A DNA stretch of 64,000 nt, taken from assembly GCA_028703445.1 (NCBI GenBank), contig JAQVMW010000008.1, positions 6,223-70,222 on the forward strand. Direction: 5' to 3'. The translations under genes and the position numbers were made by a program. Below, one piece after another: positions 62,473 through 64,000 of the stretch (position 1 is its first letter; the number at the start of each line of letters is the position of its first letter). This stretch comes from Candidatus Peribacteraceae bacterium. Lineage in GTDB: Bacteria; Patescibacteriota; Gracilibacteria; Peribacterales; Peribacteraceae. Below the pieces are notes generated by a model. It did no database searches. It had not been told where the DNA came from and worked only from the letters and a program-made list of their open reading frames with translations.

Positions 62473-63006
62473 CTATTCGATGCAGCAGTCAATAACCTTC
62501 TTCACCAGCGTCCCCAGCGCCCCCATGAACCCCTTCTTCTCCGTATCCTGCTTATTCAGCGCCCCATCATCGATCTTCTTGATGTCTCCCACGTTGAGCA
62601 GTTTCATATTGAGTCCCCAGAAGAGCGAGTAGAGGTTATAGGCCTTGCTGAAGAGATCGTAGGCCTCTTCCTTCCTGCCCATCCCAAGCTGCTTCGTCCC
62701 CACTTCCATCAGGCGCATCGAAGCGGCGAGCAGGTGCTTCGAAATACACCACACTTCCCCTTCGTACTCCTTGATGATCTTCTGCAGGAGGGTTTTGCGC
62801 ATCTCGCGCACGTCCTTGATCATGTCGTAGTACGCAGGCTTGTCGAGTTTGGCTCCAGTGAAGAAGAAATGCTCCTCGATCGAAATCAGATTCATGATCG
62901 CGATCGACAGATCCTGATCGGACGACAGATCCATTTTCTCCTGCTTCTTCATGGTGTCGACCTTGTCGATGAACGCCTTGAGTTGTTCGGGAGTGGGATC
63001 AGTCAT
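62473..63006 (-). CDS. Hypothetical helical protein
   Basis: This is a 177 aa non-repetitive ORF ending in CCIE. Confidence 0.5.
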   Translation of the reverse strand: MTDPTPEQLKAFIDKVDTMKKQEKMDLSSDQDLSIAIMNLISIEEHFFFTGAKLDKPAYYDMIKDVREMRKTLLQKIIKEYEGEVWCISKHLLAASMRLMEVGTKQLGMGRKEEAYDLFSKAYNLYSLFWGLNMKLLNVGDIKKIDDGALNKQDTEKKGFMGALGTLVKKVIDCCIE

Positions 63007-63009
63007 GGC

Positions 63010-63519
63010 TTAGAGGGTTACAAAGTAGAAGAAGACACTGAGCAGAATCAGAGGAGCAACCGGCATCGCGACTTTCTGGAACGGAAAGTGCGCATGACCG
63101 CGCTTCGCCTTGATCCTGCGGTACCAATCCGCACCGAGGAAGAACGCGATACTCCCGATCACGATGCCGAGCAGGAGCTTATCCACCCCCCAGAGCACAT
63201 GGTTGGGATTCCCAAAGATGCCTGAGAAGAAGTACGGGAGCGGCAGCACCACGAGGATGAAGTATCCGAGCGTCGTGAGGAAGTCGCGGGCGAAGAAGCG
63301 GATGTGCTTCCTCTCGAACCAGTCGTGCGTCCACATCGAGAGCGAAACGGTGAGCCCGCCGATCCAGAGCCCCGCAACGGAATCGTCGATCCCCAACCGT
63401 TCCGAGACCCCGAGGCCGACGCCCACCGCAATCGTGCAGACCGGACAAACCGCCATCGCTTTTCCGGCGACGGCGAACAGCAGGCCTGCGAATGGAAGAA
63501 GCCGAAGATATTTGGTCAT
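63010..63519 (-). CDS. Polytopic membrane protein with a CPVC motif just after a signal-peptide-like segment
   Basis: It begins MTKYLRLLPFAGLLFAVAGKAMAVCPVCTIAVGV..., followed by about 4 TM helices. Its start overlaps the stop of the upstream thioredoxin-fold gene (ATGA at 63516-63519). Confidence 0.55.
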   Translation of the reverse strand: MTKYLRLLPFAGLLFAVAGKAMAVCPVCTIAVGVGLGVSERLGIDDSVAGLWIGGLTVSLSMWTHDWFERKHIRFFARDFLTTLGYFILVVLPLPYFFSGIFGNPNHVLWGVDKLLLGIVIGSIAFFLGADWYRRIKAKRGHAHFPFQKVAMPVAPLILLSVFFYFVTL

Positions 63520-63914
63520 AGCTGCCGCTGGAAGAACGCAATGATGTCTTTGTCCCCCGTCAGGCACTGTGTGCCGGTCCAGAGGAACGGAATGCCGATG
63601 CTATCCGTCGGCAGACCGCACTTCTTGGCGAACGATGCCATCTCGCGGGCATTGCGCTTGTTGTTGTAGACCTCTTTTCGTTCGAACTTCACTTTCTCCT
63701 CCACGTTCTTCTCTTTCACGAACGTCTCGACGAGCGCGCAGTGCGGACACCCGTCACCGTAGTAGAGCACAATGCCCTGCGGCAGTGATTTCCCGGAACG
63801 GGCGACAAAAAAGACCACGACAAGGAACGCGACCACGGCAACACCGCCGATGATCGGCTTCAAGAATGATCGGGAACGAGGCAGAGAAGTATCGGGAGAA
63901 TCCATAGCCCCCAT
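63516..63914 (-). CDS. Membrane-anchored thioredoxin/glutaredoxin-fold protein (CPHC active site)
   Basis: It has an N-terminal TM helix (IIGGVAVVAFLVVVFFV). This is followed by VLYYGDGCPHCALVETF and the cis-Pro context GIPFLW. Confidence 0.7.
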   Translation of the reverse strand: MGAMDSPDTSLPRSRSFLKPIIGGVAVVAFLVVVFFVARSGKSLPQGIVLYYGDGCPHCALVETFVKEKNVEEKVKFERKEVYNNKRNAREMASFAKKCGLPTDSIGIPFLWTGTQCLTGDKDIIAFFQRQL

Positions 63915-64000
63915 AGGCTAGCGGGAAAAATGATCAAGTCTATGGACTAGAGCACCGAATTGAAGAGAAATCCTGTGCACAGGATGCCAATGCCCATCAC

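Noticed and set aside
1-64000. Alternative genetic code (UGA recoding, as in some CPR lineages).
   Set aside because: Well-conserved genes (clpC, RAYT, P1, uppS, several P-family members) terminate at TGA with normal lengths. No conserved gene is broken by in-frame TGA. The standard code explains all ORFs.

Overview
Compact bacterial window using the standard genetic code. There is one tRNA and no rRNA or CRISPR array. The gene content looks like an uncultivated, small-genome CPR/Patescibacteria-type bacterium, possibly Peregrinibacteria-like; this is inference only. Supporting genes are PrgI/T4SS-like genes, an SLH/beta-propeller surface protein, an archaeal-type mevalonate pathway and a GT4-GH57-GH15 alpha-glucan cluster.

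Housekeeping genes: ClpC-like ATPase, S1-like protein, HIT, YidD, tRNA-Gly(UCC), Maf, TrpRS and a RluA-type pseudouridine synthase.

The isoprenoid block at 14.5-26 kb contains idi, uppS, mvk, mvaD, HMG-CoA reductase, HMG-CoA synthase, thiolase and a DUF35-OB/guanylate-kinase fusion. It is interrupted by an mvk-like 5' fragment, a lower-GC antisense ORF, a REP-flanked RAYT (Y1 transposase) and a large Cys-rich gene.

The most unusual content is an 11-member family of ~550-570 aa cysteine-rich proteins without signal peptides. The family totals ~18.5 kb, about 29% of the window. Ten copies lie on the minus strand between 39998 and 60357, and one copy sits beside the RAYT at 20837-22540. Each copy has homologous N- and C-terminal zinc-ribbon-like modules, with the C-terminus ending CxxC-x17-CxxC ...YCEECYLKEVY. 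Each also has an internally duplicated CxxC-rich centre. The array is interspersed with three TrmB-type regulators and small unknown ORFs. I cannot assign the family to any characterised function.

A second theme is several families of short hairpin or palindromic repeats and telomere-like (TTAGGG/CCCTAA)n tracts. These fill the spacers and are also translated in frame inside HMG-CoA reductase, UppS, the GH57 tail and a DUF559 ORF.
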